Below are positions 28,648 to 37,938 of a stretch of 64,000 nucleotides of DNA, one piece after another. The notes beneath the pieces were generated by a model. The model made no database searches and was not told where the DNA came from. It saw nothing but the letters and a program-made list of their open reading frames with translations. The stretch is taken from positions 1,536,001 through 1,600,000 of the forward strand of contig OZ243913.1 in assembly GCA_965213705.1 (NCBI GenBank), given 5' to 3'. The translations under genes were made by a program, and so were the position numbers. This DNA comes from Trueperaceae bacterium. Lineage in GTDB: Bacteria > Deinococcota > Deinococci > Deinococcales > Trueperaceae. Positions within the stretch are counted from its first letter, which is position 1; every line of letters starts with the position of its first letter.

Positions 28648-30213
28648 GTGCCGGGTTCCCCCCCAAAACCGAACTTTGCCGCGAGCTACGCCGCCGGAGC
28701 GCTGAACGAGTTTTACGCGCTGTCTCCGGGCGACATGAGGACCGCCCTCGACCTGCCCAGACCTGTCGACCGCGACCCGCTAGCGGCGGCGCTGAAAAGT
28801 CACGCCACGCGGCTCGGCGCGCCCCAGCCCGTTTACGCCCAGATAGAACGGCTGCGCCACCCGGACAGCCGCGCGGTCGTGACCGGCCAGCAGGCCGGGC
28901 TGCTGCTCGGCCCCAGTTACACCCTGTCCAAAGCGGTCACGGCGTTGCGTCTGGCAAAAACTCTCTCGACCGAAGCCAAACCCGTCGTGCCGATTTTTTG
29001 GGTCGCCAGCCAAGACCACGACACCGCGGAGGTCGACCGCGCTTACCTGCTCGACCTGAACGAAGACCTGCACAAGCTCTCGCTGCCCTTGCCGCGGGGT
29101 GTGGCTTCCGGCCGCATCGAGTTCAAAGACGCTTGGCTCGAGACGCTCCTCGCCGACTTGGGACCCCTCGCCTCGAAACCACCGCATTTTACCGAAGTTA
29201 CCGCGTTGCTGCGCGAGGCGGCAGCGGTCTCGAACAGCTTTGCCGACTTTTTCGCTGCGCTCTTGTACAAGCTGCTAGGCGCGTACGGGCTCATCGTCCT
29301 CGACCCGCTCGAGCCCGAGCTGGCAACCCTGTTCAAGCCGCTCTTGAGGGCGGAACTCGAGCAGCCGACCGCCTCGGCAACGGCCGTGAACGAGGCCGGG
29401 GAAAGAATTGCAGCCCACGGCTTCAGCCCGCAACTCGGGCGCGGGGCGGGCGCAACTAACCTGTTTTTAGAAAGCGAAACCGCTCAGCGGCAACTCCTTC
29501 GTTTCGACGGCGAAACCTTTGCGACCGACGCGGGCGAGTACGTTCAGCAAGAGGTCCTCAGGATTTTGGAACAAGACCCAAGCCGCCTCACGCCTGCGGC
29601 GGGTTTGCGGCCCGTGACCCAAGACTTTGCGCTGCCGACCGCCGTCACGGTCGTCGGGCCGGGCGAGTTGCGCTACTTTGCCCAACTGGGGGGCGTCTAC
29701 GACCTTCACCGCGTCGCCATGCCGCTCGTGTGGCCGCGCGCGACCGTCACCGTTTTGGAGCCCCCGGTCGCGCGCATCCTGGACAAGTTCGGTCTGGACG
29801 CGTTGGACCTCACCCAAAACTTTGCCGCCCTCAAAAACAGGACGCTGCTCAGGCTGCACGGTCACGCCGAAGGTTTCGAAGGTACGCTGGCGACGCTCGA
29901 GACCTCGCTCGAGGCCTTGCTCGAGCACCTGCGCGCCGTCGACCCGACCTTACGAGGCACGCTTGACAAAAGCGAAGAGAGGTTGCGCACCACGCTGGAC
30001 GTGCTGCAGACCAAAACCGCTCGAGCCCTGGCGCGCGAGGACAGCACCTACACACGGCAGTTCGACCGCCTGGAAAAACACCTGCTCCCGCTCGGCCAAC
30101 CCCAGGAGCGCGTCGTCAGCCCCTTCAGCTTTTTCTTAAAATTCGGCGTCAAACCCGTTTTGGACGCGTTCTTAGCCGTCCCGCCCGAGGGCGACCACAT
30201 CGTCACCCTTTGA
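28648..30213 (+). CDS. bshC: Bacillithiol biosynthesis cysteine-adding enzyme
   Basis: VTGQQAGL.GP.Y..K, FWVASQDHD, GPGE..Y, PQER. Confidence 0.9.
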   Translation: MPGSPPKPNFAASYAAGALNEFYALSPGDMRTALDLPRPVDRDPLAAALKSHATRLGAPQPVYAQIERLRHPDSRAVVTGQQAGLLLGPSYTLSKAVTALRLAKTLSTEAKPVVPIFWVASQDHDTAEVDRAYLLDLNEDLHKLSLPLPRGVASGRIEFKDAWLETLLADLGPLASKPPHFTEVTALLREAAAVSNSFADFFAALLYKLLGAYGLIVLDPLEPELATLFKPLLRAELEQPTASATAVNEAGERIAAHGFSPQLGRGAGATNLFLESETAQRQLLRFDGETFATDAGEYVQQEVLRILEQDPSRLTPAAGLRPVTQDFALPTAVTVVGPGELRYFAQLGGVYDLHRVAMPLVWPRATVTVLEPPVARILDKFGLDALDLTQNFAALKNRTLLRLHGHAEGFEGTLATLETSLEALLEHLRAVDPTLRGTLDKSEERLRTTLDVLQTKTARALAREDSTYTRQFDRLEKHLLPLGQPQERVVSPFSFFLKFGVKPVLDAFLAVPPEGDHIVTL

Positions 30214-30830
30214 CTGTGGCTCCGAGCTACCTGCTCCACGACCTCGAGGACGCTTTAGAGAAGACCGAAGACTGCATCCTGTGCTTTTTGGAACGCCGTC
30301 AGGTGGCGCGTTACTTGGGGGGCGTCGCCGCCGACGGCGTCAACAACGTCCCCTTGCGGCAAAAACTGGCCGCGCGCGGCGGCTACTGCGCCCCGCACAG
30401 CGCCGAGTTCGCGGCAATGGCGAGCCCGCTGTCGGCGGCGATTTTGCTTGCCGCTTTCGTGACCGAGCGCCTGGAGCGCGCGGCTCAGGGCAAGCGCCCC
30501 GTACCTCTGCGTTGCGAAGCTTGCGAGGTCGGCGCAAAAACGCGGCAGAGCTACGTCAAGAGCGTCGCTAAAAACGGCAAGTCGCCGGAGGTTCAAAAAA
30601 TTCTTTTAGACGGCAACTTGTGTTTGAACCACCTCGAGCTCCTCTGCCGCCACTTGCCCGCCGGTGTTCGTGACGCGCTCGTCGCCCAAAACGACAAGTT
30701 GTTAAAAAACCTGGCCGAACTCGTCCGCAAACACGACTACAGGTTTCAGGCCGAAACCATCACGGAGGCTGAGAAAGGGAGCGTCAAAGACGCCTTGAGG
30801 TTGTTGGGCTCGAGGGAAGAAAACGAGTAA
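30210..30830 (+). CDS. Zn-binding hypothetical protein (DUF6062-like)
   Basis: CILC, GYC..H, CEAC, LC..H, RKHDYRF. Confidence 0.75.
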   Translation: MTVAPSYLLHDLEDALEKTEDCILCFLERRQVARYLGGVAADGVNNVPLRQKLAARGGYCAPHSAEFAAMASPLSAAILLAAFVTERLERAAQGKRPVPLRCEACEVGAKTRQSYVKSVAKNGKSPEVQKILLDGNLCLNHLELLCRHLPAGVRDALVAQNDKLLKNLAELVRKHDYRFQAETITEAEKGSVKDALRLLGSREENE

Positions 30831-30982
30831 ACCCTACAACTCACACGTGCAGCGGTGCCGAGAACGGTTGAAACGACTCTGCACTACCGCCAAAAGACAG
30901 CCGACCCACAAGGCTGCCTTTCCTCAAAAAGGAGGAAGAATCAAAAGCCGTTCAGCAAAGTTGGACGGAAAGGCTAGCGTAA

Positions 30983-31011
30983 GCCCCTCGTTCGGAATTC
31001 GAACAAGGGGC
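30983..31011. terminator. Hairpin between convergent genes
   Basis: GCCCCTCGTTCG / CGAACAAGGGGC. Confidence 0.55.
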
Positions 31012-31059
31012 CGGGTCCGGCATTCGTTTTTAGAAGCTGCCTCGAGGGTCGTGCTGGCG

Positions 31060-31398
31060 CTAAGCGTCGTCCCGGTCGTTGATACGCGCGGGTGGCGAGG
31101 TCGCCTCGACGGCGGTGAAGGTCTCGAGAATCTTATACGTGTGCTTGGCGTCTTTGGGCACGAGCCAGGAGTCGCCGCTCTCGAGCAGTACCATCTGGCC
31201 TTCTAGGTGCAACTCGGCGCGGCCGCTGACGACGTAGCCGACGGTTTCGTACTCGCGGCTCATCTCGGGCTTGGGCTCGCTGGCTTCTTCTTTCCACAGC
31301 CGCATGGCGAGACTCTTGCCCGAAACGAGGTAGGTCTGGCCCATCTCGCCCTTGGGCGAGTGGTCGGCGTTGACTTTTTTGATGGTCGTGTCGCTCAT
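31060..31398 (-). CDS. Cupin-domain protein
   Basis: YETVGYVVSG..., GDSWLVPKDAKHTY; GGAGG RBS before ATG 31398. Confidence 0.85.
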   Translation of the reverse strand: MSDTTIKKVNADHSPKGEMGQTYLVSGKSLAMRLWKEEASEPKPEMSREYETVGYVVSGRAELHLEGQMVLLESGDSWLVPKDAKHTYKILETFTAVEATSPPARINDRDDA

Positions 31399-31495
31399 CT
31401 TTGCCTCCTGCGGCAAGTGTTGCACGGCCCACAAAGCCGCACTGTGAGACACGCGCAAATAGCCGCTTCGCGCACGTTCGTGTGACGAGCGGGCG

Positions 31496-32719
31496 TTACT
31501 CGAGCGTGACGGACTCCAAGTCTTGCCGCCGCTCCCGGTCTTTGGCACGCTGCGCGGGCGTTTTGAGCAAGTCGGCTAAGCGCTCGTTGACCGTGTCGTA
31601 GTAGCGAAACACCAGGCTGCCCAAAATCACCATCGTCAACACGTAGAGCGAGGTCATGCCGATAATCGCCTCGCGCGTGCTTTCCGGCAGCGCGCTCACC
31701 CCGGCGGCGAGCCCGGCGATGACGAGCGAGAACTCGCCCCGCGGCAACAGCATCAGTCCGTGCCCGACACTGGCCCTTGGGCTCAAACCGCTCAGCCGAC
31801 CCGAGGTGAAGCCGGTCAGCATGTTCGTCACCACGGTGGCGACGACGAGGAGCAGCGCGGCCGGCAGTTGGGTCAGCGCGCTCAAAATATCGACGTGCAA
31901 GCCGAAGTCCAGAAAAAATGCCGCGGCGGCCACGTCGTACCAGGGGTGGAGCGTGGCTTCCAACCTGTCCTTAAAGCGCGACTCCGCCAGGAGCATCCCC
32001 AGCAAAAACGCCGCCACCGCCTCGGGAAAACCGAGCGACTTCGCCGTGGTCGAAAACACCACGACCAGCGCCAAGGTGAGCAGCACGAGCGTTTCGCCCT
32101 CGCGGTCGAGGAGTCGCTCCAAATAAGGTTTTGCAAACCGCAGCAGCAAACCGTACACCGCCAAAAAGAGCGCCACGCCTAAAAAACTGGCCGCGCCGCC
32201 CCCCGCCGTGACGATGCCCAACCCGCCCAGAATCACCACCATCGCCAGGTCTTCGTAAACGAGCACGCCTAAAGTGCGCTCGGCCTCGGGATAGGCGATG
32301 AGGTCGCGCTCGGTCAGCAGTCTGGCGATGACGCCCGAACTCGAGATGTAGACAATCCCGCCTAAAAACAGCGCCGCCAGCACGCCGAAACCGAGCAGCA
32401 GGCCGATAACGAAGCCCACGACGAAGTTCGCTAAGTCGATGGTTCCCGCCACGGTGATGGCCCGCCGCCCCTCGACGAAGCGCGCCACCGAAAACTCCAG
32501 GCCCATGTAAAAGAGCAGTAAAATAATGCCGAGTTCGCCGAACAGGTCGGTCACGCGGGTGACTTCAAACAGCGTGACGACGCCGTACGGCCCGAACAGC
32601 AGCCCCAGCAAGATGTAGCCGACGATGCTGCTGAGGCCAACTTTGCCGCTGAGCCAGCCCGCCGCGTACAGCCCCAAGGCGATTAAGCCGAACTCCCACA
32701 GGGGCGAGAGGTCCAACAC
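31496..32719 (-). CDS. CPA2 cation:proton antiporter (KhtU-like)
   Basis: LLFYMGLEFS, ISSSGV, LVYEDL, PRGEFSLVIA. Confidence 0.9.
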   Translation of the reverse strand: MLDLSPLWEFGLIALGLYAAGWLSGKVGLSSIVGYILLGLLFGPYGVVTLFEVTRVTDLFGELGIILLLFYMGLEFSVARFVEGRRAITVAGTIDLANFVVGFVIGLLLGFGVLAALFLGGIVYISSSGVIARLLTERDLIAYPEAERTLGVLVYEDLAMVVILGGLGIVTAGGGAASFLGVALFLAVYGLLLRFAKPYLERLLDREGETLVLLTLALVVVFSTTAKSLGFPEAVAAFLLGMLLAESRFKDRLEATLHPWYDVAAAAFFLDFGLHVDILSALTQLPAALLLVVATVVTNMLTGFTSGRLSGLSPRASVGHGLMLLPRGEFSLVIAGLAAGVSALPESTREAIIGMTSLYVLTMVILGSLVFRYYDTVNERLADLLKTPAQRAKDRERRQDLESVTLE

Positions 32720-33223
32720 CTAACCGTTTCCGAGGAGGAGCGCCTGCGCCGCCTGGCACTGGTCGTGCGAACCGATGAGCAGCACCGTGTCGCCCGCCTT
32801 AAAGACCGTCTGCGGGTCGGGGTTGGGCAGGGCTTCCTCGCCCCGCATAATCGCGACGACCGACGCGCCCGTGCGGGTGCGGAGCGGCACCTGGGTGAGG
32901 GTTTGGCCGATGATGGGCGCGCTATTCCCAAGTTCGACCCACTCTATCTCGAGGGCGCCCAGCGCCAGCTCGAGCTTGCCCAAGTCGGGCGCGGCGACGA
33001 ACGCTTGACCCAACAGGTTGGCGAGCTGTTGGGCCTCGTCCTCGTCCAGCTTGACCACGTCGCTCGGGCGGTCGTCTTTGTCCAAAAAGTGGTACACCTG
33101 CCGTTCGCCGTCCGGTTTGACGATAATCGCTAAGTTGCCGCCGTCGCGCAACGGCAGCACGTACTTTTTGCCGACGCCCGGCAGGGTGACCTCGCGGAGT
33201 TCAATGGGGGTGAGCGCTTTCAT
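32720..33223 (-). CDS. KhtT-like TrkA-C regulatory subunit
   Basis: LPGVGKKY, RTGASVVAIMRG...PNP.P. Confidence 0.9.
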   Translation of the reverse strand: MKALTPIELREVTLPGVGKKYVLPLRDGGNLAIIVKPDGERQVYHFLDKDDRPSDVVKLDEDEAQQLANLLGQAFVAAPDLGKLELALGALEIEWVELGNSAPIIGQTLTQVPLRTRTGASVVAIMRGEEALPNPDPQTVFKAGDTVLLIGSHDQCQAAQALLLGNG

Positions 33224-33274
33224 GCGTCCCAGTCTAGCCTGCAGGCGACGCTCTCGGCAAATGGGAACCGGGCG

Positions 33275-33778
33275 TCACACCCGAACGCGCCGGTACACGG
33301 CCGCCGGGAGCAGCGTTTGCAGCGTCATCTCGCCCGGAGCCAAACCGCCCGCCAGCGTTGCCCAGGCCGCCTTTCTGACTTGCAACGGCACGCTCGTCGT
33401 CCCCGTCAGCAGGTAAGACGCCAGCTCGCTCAGGTAGGGTTCGTGCCCGACGAGGGCGACGGTCTCGTCGGCGGGCTTCATCCCTTCGCTGATGTCGATG
33501 AGGAGTTGGGCGTAATCGCCGCCGGTCAGCGTGTCCAGGTACTGCACGCGGCGGCCTTTTGCGAGCCGCCCCGCCAAGCGTTCAGCGGTTTGGGCCGCGC
33601 GGGTGTAGGGGCTCGAGAACAGCCGGTCAAAGGTAACGTCCAGGGTTTTCAAGACTCGAGCCAAGGTTTTCGCCTGCTTGCGTCCTTTGTCGTCGAGGGG
33701 CCGCTGGCTGTCGTCCAGATATTGCGGCGAGCGCTCCCCGGCGCTGGCGTGGCGAATCAGGTAAAGGGTGTGACTCAT
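33275..33778 (-). CDS. sixA: Phosphohistidine phosphatase
   Basis: LIRHA, RPL, SSPYTRAAQTA, VGHEP. Confidence 0.85.
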   Translation of the reverse strand: MSHTLYLIRHASAGERSPQYLDDSQRPLDDKGRKQAKTLARVLKTLDVTFDRLFSSPYTRAAQTAERLAGRLAKGRRVQYLDTLTGGDYAQLLIDISEGMKPADETVALVGHEPYLSELASYLLTGTTSVPLQVRKAAWATLAGGLAPGEMTLQTLLPAAVYRRVRV

Positions 33779-33787
33779 CTGGGACAG

Positions 33788-34420
33788 TCAACCGTCTTGA
33801 AAGCTCGCGCCGAGACTCAGCAGCGCTTCGGCCCTGGTCAACTTGTCACCCGCGTTCGGGGTGAGGCGCACGACCGTGTCGACTATTTCGGCTATTTTTT
33901 GCAACTCGTCGGCGCTCGTGTCGCCCAGCGCCTCTATCTCGGCCTCGCTGAAGTGAACGCTCTGCGCGCCGCCGGGATACTCGGCGCTCACCGCGTCGAA
34001 AGAAAGCGTGGCGAGGTTTTTGCCCCCCCTTGCAACCCGGTAGTTCGTCCGCACGGTGGTGAGGTCGACTTGGCTGCGCAGGGCGGCCGGGTCGACCAGC
34101 GTCGACACAGGTCTGAACACGGCGCTGGGCCAGTCCTCCCCGTTAAAAGGCACCTCTATCTCGTCGCGCTCGTGGAGCGCACCCGAGACGCTGCCGGGCC
34201 GTTTCAGGGTCGCTAGGGTTCGGCCGCTTACCTTGCGTTTGCGCAACGCTAGGCCGTAGCCGTTCAGGGTCCGGGCCGCGTCGTCATAGTAGCGGTCGCG
34301 CTGCTCGACGGTTTCTGCGTCACTCAGGTTGTAGCCCGCTGCCGCGAACACCGGGGCCAGTTCTTCAGGGCTCGGAAAGGCCTCGAGCAGGGAAAACTTG
34401 AGTTCGCGCTCGAGGGGCAT
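33788..34420 (-). CDS. CYTH-domain protein
   Basis: ERELKF, DRYYD, LRKR, EIE motifs. Confidence 0.85.
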   Translation of the reverse strand: MPLERELKFSLLEAFPSPEELAPVFAAAGYNLSDAETVEQRDRYYDDAARTLNGYGLALRKRKVSGRTLATLKRPGSVSGALHERDEIEVPFNGEDWPSAVFRPVSTLVDPAALRSQVDLTTVRTNYRVARGGKNLATLSFDAVSAEYPGGAQSVHFSEAEIEALGDTSADELQKIAEIVDTVVRLTPNAGDKLTRAEALLSLGASFQDG

Positions 34421-34457
34421 AAGGAAAGTTTACAGGTTTTGGGTGGATTGGGTCTCA

Positions 34458-34907
34458 TCACTCGGCAACCGAGTCAAAAGTCCCCACAGCTCTCAGATAA
34501 GTGACGCGCCGACCAACATACAACCATTCTTCGTGATAATAGAACATGATGGAATTGTCTGCGTTGTGAACAACCATTGCGTCATCTCTACTTGGCATAA
34601 ATATATTTATCCAGTTTGCTAAAAAATTGTCGGCATCTAAAACACAAACCTCATGAGGGCTATAGACAATTTGCACCGTTCCTTTGTTACTCAGTCGCTG
34701 TCTAAGCCACGCTAGCGCAACAGCTTCACTTGCAATACTATGTTGCTCGATGTTGTAAGTCGTTTCTTCATTCAAGCCGATACCTGCTTTACTGGAATAT
34801 TTCAGAGCGTAACCATAAGCATTTTGAGCACGTTTTTTGTCAAGCCAACGCGCTTCTAAACCCAACTCTTCATACTCTTTAGGTCGGAAGGATTTCATGT
34901 TGCTCAA
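34458..34907 (-). CDS. AT-rich orphan protein
   Basis: 149 aa ORF with AT-rich codons inside GC-rich context; start uncertain. Confidence 0.65.
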   Translation of the reverse strand: MSNMKSFRPKEYEELGLEARWLDKKRAQNAYGYALKYSSKAGIGLNEETTYNIEQHSIASEAVALAWLRQRLSNKGTVQIVYSPHEVCVLDADNFLANWINIFMPSRDDAMVVHNADNSIMFYYHEEWLYVGRRVTYLRAVGTFDSVAE

Positions 34908-34962
34908 GCATAGATTATCCTACACATTGCGCTATAACATCCTCGCCAAAACCGCTCGAGTC

Positions 34963-36210
34963 TCACGGCTCGAGCGGTTTTGGAATCCGCCGCGCCACCT
35001 GCCCGACGGTCAACCCTTGGACTAAAATGGCGAAAACCACCACGCCGTAAGTCATCGCTAAGATGAGGTGGCGTTCCTCACCCGGCGGCAGCGACAGCGC
35101 CAAGGCTATCGAGATGCCGCCGCGCAAACCGCCCCACACCATCATCCGCACCGTGTAGGGCAAAAAGTTGCGCCGCAAGCGCAATAGGTTGATGGGCACG
35201 CCCACGCTCACCAAACGGCTCAGCAGCACGAGGGGGATGACGAGGAGCGCCGCGTAGAATTCTATGGGCAAGAACTCGACGATGAGCATTTCCAGTCCGA
35301 TGAGGACGAACAGCACCGCGTTGAAAATCTCGTCGGTCATCTCCCAAAAGGTGTCCAGGTGTTCGCGGGTGCGCTCGCTCATGGCGAACAGCCGCCCGCG
35401 GTTGCCGATGAAAAGCCCCGCCACCACCATCGCCAGCGGCCCCGAGGTGTGCAGCGCCAGCGCCAGCGCGTACCCGCCCGTGACGAGCGCCAGCGTGATG
35501 AGCACTTCGACGCTGTAGTTGTCGACGTTTTTTAAGAGGTAATAAGCAATCAAACCGATGACGAAACCGTAAGCGACGCCGCCCAAGGCTTCGGTGGCAA
35601 AGAGCAGCGCCACGCCCTCGAAGCCCGCCTCGCCCCCGCCGTGCCCGGCCCCGACCAGGCTCAAAATCACGCTGAACACCACCACGCCGACCCCGTCGTT
35701 GAACAGCGACTCGCCCGTGATAAGGGTCTCTATGTCTTTCGGCACGCCCACGCTCCGCAGGATGCTCAAGACCGCAATCGGGTCGGTCGGCGAAATGAGC
35801 GCGCCGAACAGCAGCGCGTAAATAAAGGGCAGCTCCAGCCCCAGCAAGCCCGCCAAGCCGTAAGCGAGCCCGCCGACGATAAAGGTCGAGGTAAGCACGC
35901 CCAGGGTCGCCAAAATCAGCACCGGCCACTTTTGTTTGGCTAAGTCTTCTAAGTTCACCGTCAGCGAGCCGGCGAACAGCAAAAAACTGAGCATTCCTTC
36001 CAACACGAGCGCGTTGAAGTCCAAACCGGTCAAAAACCCTTCGGCCCAGTTCCTCACCTCCGGGCTGGCAAACCCCAGAAACAGCAGCGACAACACGATG
36101 GCGATTAAAGTCACGCCGATGGGCGTGGGCAGTTTGATGTAGCGCTCGTTGATGTAACCGAACACCGCGGTAAGGGTGAGGAGGATGGCTAAGACTTCGA
36201 AACCGTTCAT
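34963..36210 (-). CDS. CPA1 Na+/H+ antiporter (NhaP family)
   Basis: [24 protein letters not shown]. Confidence 0.9.
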   Translation of the reverse strand: MNGFEVLAILLTLTAVFGYINERYIKLPTPIGVTLIAIVLSLLFLGFASPEVRNWAEGFLTGLDFNALVLEGMLSFLLFAGSLTVNLEDLAKQKWPVLILATLGVLTSTFIVGGLAYGLAGLLGLELPFIYALLFGALISPTDPIAVLSILRSVGVPKDIETLITGESLFNDGVGVVVFSVILSLVGAGHGGGEAGFEGVALLFATEALGGVAYGFVIGLIAYYLLKNVDNYSVEVLITLALVTGGYALALALHTSGPLAMVVAGLFIGNRGRLFAMSERTREHLDTFWEMTDEIFNAVLFVLIGLEMLIVEFLPIEFYAALLVIPLVLLSRLVSVGVPINLLRLRRNFLPYTVRMMVWGGLRGGISIALALSLPPGEERHLILAMTYGVVVFAILVQGLTVGQVARRIPKPLEP

Positions 36211-36377
36211 GGAGTCAGTTTAACGAAGTTGGCGCGACGGGGCTCCGGGGGGCAAAAAGTTCAGGCGTTTTCTCAATGTCCTCAGGCCCTTGCACCCTTT
36301 TCAAGACGCCGGCGACACCGCTCGAGAAGCCGGTTGAAAGGCCCTGTTTTATGCGTCTCTGACGTGCTTTCTCGTGC

Positions 36378-36406
36378 TTGACAAACCCGGTGATAAGGCC
36401 TATACT
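36378..36406 (+). promoter_or_regulatory. Near-consensus sigma-A promoter TTGACA-17-TATACT
   Basis: TTGACA at 36378-36383, TATACT at 36401-36406. Confidence 0.85.
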
Positions 36407-36411
36407 GAACA

Positions 36412-36430
36412 TACCTTAGTTTTTAAGGTA
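36412..36430. promoter_or_regulatory. Palindromic operator copy 3: TACCTTA-GTTTT-TAAGGTA
   Basis: Perfect palindrome (extends to ATACCTTA..TAAGGTAT) on the predicted +1 of the promoter above. Confidence 0.85.
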
Positions 36431-36478
36431 TAACCGTGAAAAGAGCAGTTCAATCTCCGAGGAGGATGTACCGAACCC

Positions 36479-36970
36479 ATGACCATGACGCTTTCCACAC
36501 CTTTGCTAGAGGCCGCCACACGACCCATCCTCAGCCGGGGCCGGACACGCCGGTCCGTTTTGCAGGCGCACACGCGCGTTGGAGCTACCTTGGACGCTCA
36601 CCCCGGCAACCATCCCGCTCGAGTGTTTCGGGACCTGACCAGCAGTTTTCAGCAAGACGCCGCCGGCGAGCGCGTCGACGTGTTGGCCGCCGAACTCGCG
36701 TCCTGTGTGGCCGCCGCGCGCGGCTCGCTGTGCTTGGGGCTGGTTCACAAAGAAACCGTGCCCAAACTGTACGGCCTCGTCTTTTTGCTCGACGGCTACG
36801 GCCTGGTGCTGCGCCAGCGCTACCGCGAGCAAGGCGACGGCGTGTTCGTGTTTTTAGACCGTAAGGGCGACGCCGCGAGCGAGTTCGCGGGCAGCGTCGT
36901 TGTTGAGCGCGTTGTTGAGCGCGGCGTGCCTGAGCGCTTTGCCGACGTGGCGCTGCCGTGGGCGGCGTAG
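36479..36970 (+). CDS. Hypothetical protein, first gene of the operator-controlled operon
   Basis: 163 aa ORF; GAGGAGG upstream. Confidence 0.7.
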   Translation: MTMTLSTPLLEAATRPILSRGRTRRSVLQAHTRVGATLDAHPGNHPARVFRDLTSSFQQDAAGERVDVLAAELASCVAAARGSLCLGLVHKETVPKLYGLVFLLDGYGLVLRQRYREQGDGVFVFLDRKGDAASEFAGSVVVERVVERGVPERFADVALPWAA

Positions 36971-36982
36971 GGGAGGTTGACG

Positions 36983-37780
36983 ATGGTTAACACCGAAACT
37001 CAGGTCGACTGGCCCGCGTTGCTGAACGCCCTCGCCGAGCCTTTTCCGCAAGAAGCCGTGTCGTGGCGCGCGGGCGCGTTGTCGCGCGACAAAAAGCGCG
37101 CGCAAGCCTTGCCCTACGCCGAGCCGCGCGTCTACGAAGACCGCTTGAACACGGTCTGCCCCGGCGACTGGAGCGTGCGGTTCGTGCCCTGGGGCGAGAA
37201 CCGCATCATCTGCGAACTCACCGTCCACGGCGTCACCCGCAGCTCGACCGGCGAAGAGAACGACGGCGGTTTCGCGCCCGGCACCGCCGCCGAGGCGCAA
37301 GCCTTCAAGCGCGCCTGCAGCAAGTTCGGGTTGGGCCGCTACCTGTACGACATCGGCATCGACTGGATTGACTACGACGAAGACAAACGTCGTCTCGTCA
37401 AGACGCCGAACCTGCCGGATAGGTTTTTGCCCGCGAAAAAGGTTGCGGTCAAGACTGGGACGGAAGCTAGAGCCGAGACCAGGATGAGCGCCAAACCCGC
37501 GCCGACACCCCTGCCCAAGCCTGTCCAAACCCTGCCGGCCAAACCGCTCGAGACCCCCCAAGCCCCGCTTCTCACCCCCGACCGGGCCGAGGCGATGGCG
37601 AAAGAGTTGGAAAAACTCGGTTTCGCCCGCGGTGTAGCGGGTGCGGCCAAGCCTAACGAACAGCTCAAACTCGCTACCTCGGTGCTGGGCCATCCGGTGC
37701 GCGCGTTCACCCAACTCACCGAGGCCGAAGCCTTGGAAGTCTGGGCCTCGGCCAAGCGCCTCAGCAAAAGCGTCGCGTGA
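36983..37780 (+). CDS. Rad52/Rad22-family single-strand annealing protein (DdrA/Sak-like)
   Basis: LAEPFP...RVYEDRLNTVCPGDW...LTVHGVTR...AFKRACSKFGLGRYLY; GGAGG 6 nt before ATG 36983. Confidence 0.85.
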   Translation: MVNTETQVDWPALLNALAEPFPQEAVSWRAGALSRDKKRAQALPYAEPRVYEDRLNTVCPGDWSVRFVPWGENRIICELTVHGVTRSSTGEENDGGFAPGTAAEAQAFKRACSKFGLGRYLYDIGIDWIDYDEDKRRLVKTPNLPDRFLPAKKVAVKTGTEARAETRMSAKPAPTPLPKPVQTLPAKPLETPQAPLLTPDRAEAMAKELEKLGFARGVAGAAKPNEQLKLATSVLGHPVRAFTQLTEAEALEVWASAKRLSKSVA

Positions 37781-37938
37781 AGCCCGCGCCCGCCGGGGCG
37801 GTGTACGTGTGCCAGGGCTGCAAGCGGCGCGCGGAGGTGTGCGTTCCCGCCAAGGTTACCTGCAGCCGTTGCGGTCGCCCCATGAAGGTGGAAGATGAAA
37901 ACGGACATTCCCGCGCTCAAGGCGAACCGCGACTTTAG
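37777..37938 (+). CDS. 53-aa Zn-ribbon protein (below the ORF-track cutoff)
   Basis: MKPAPAGAVYVCQGCKRRAEVCVPAKVTCSRCGRPMKVEDENGHSRAQGEPRL; GTGA overlap with the Rad52 gene stop. Confidence 0.65.
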   Translation: MKPAPAGAVYVCQGCKRRAEVCVPAKVTCSRCGRPMKVEDENGHSRAQGEPRL

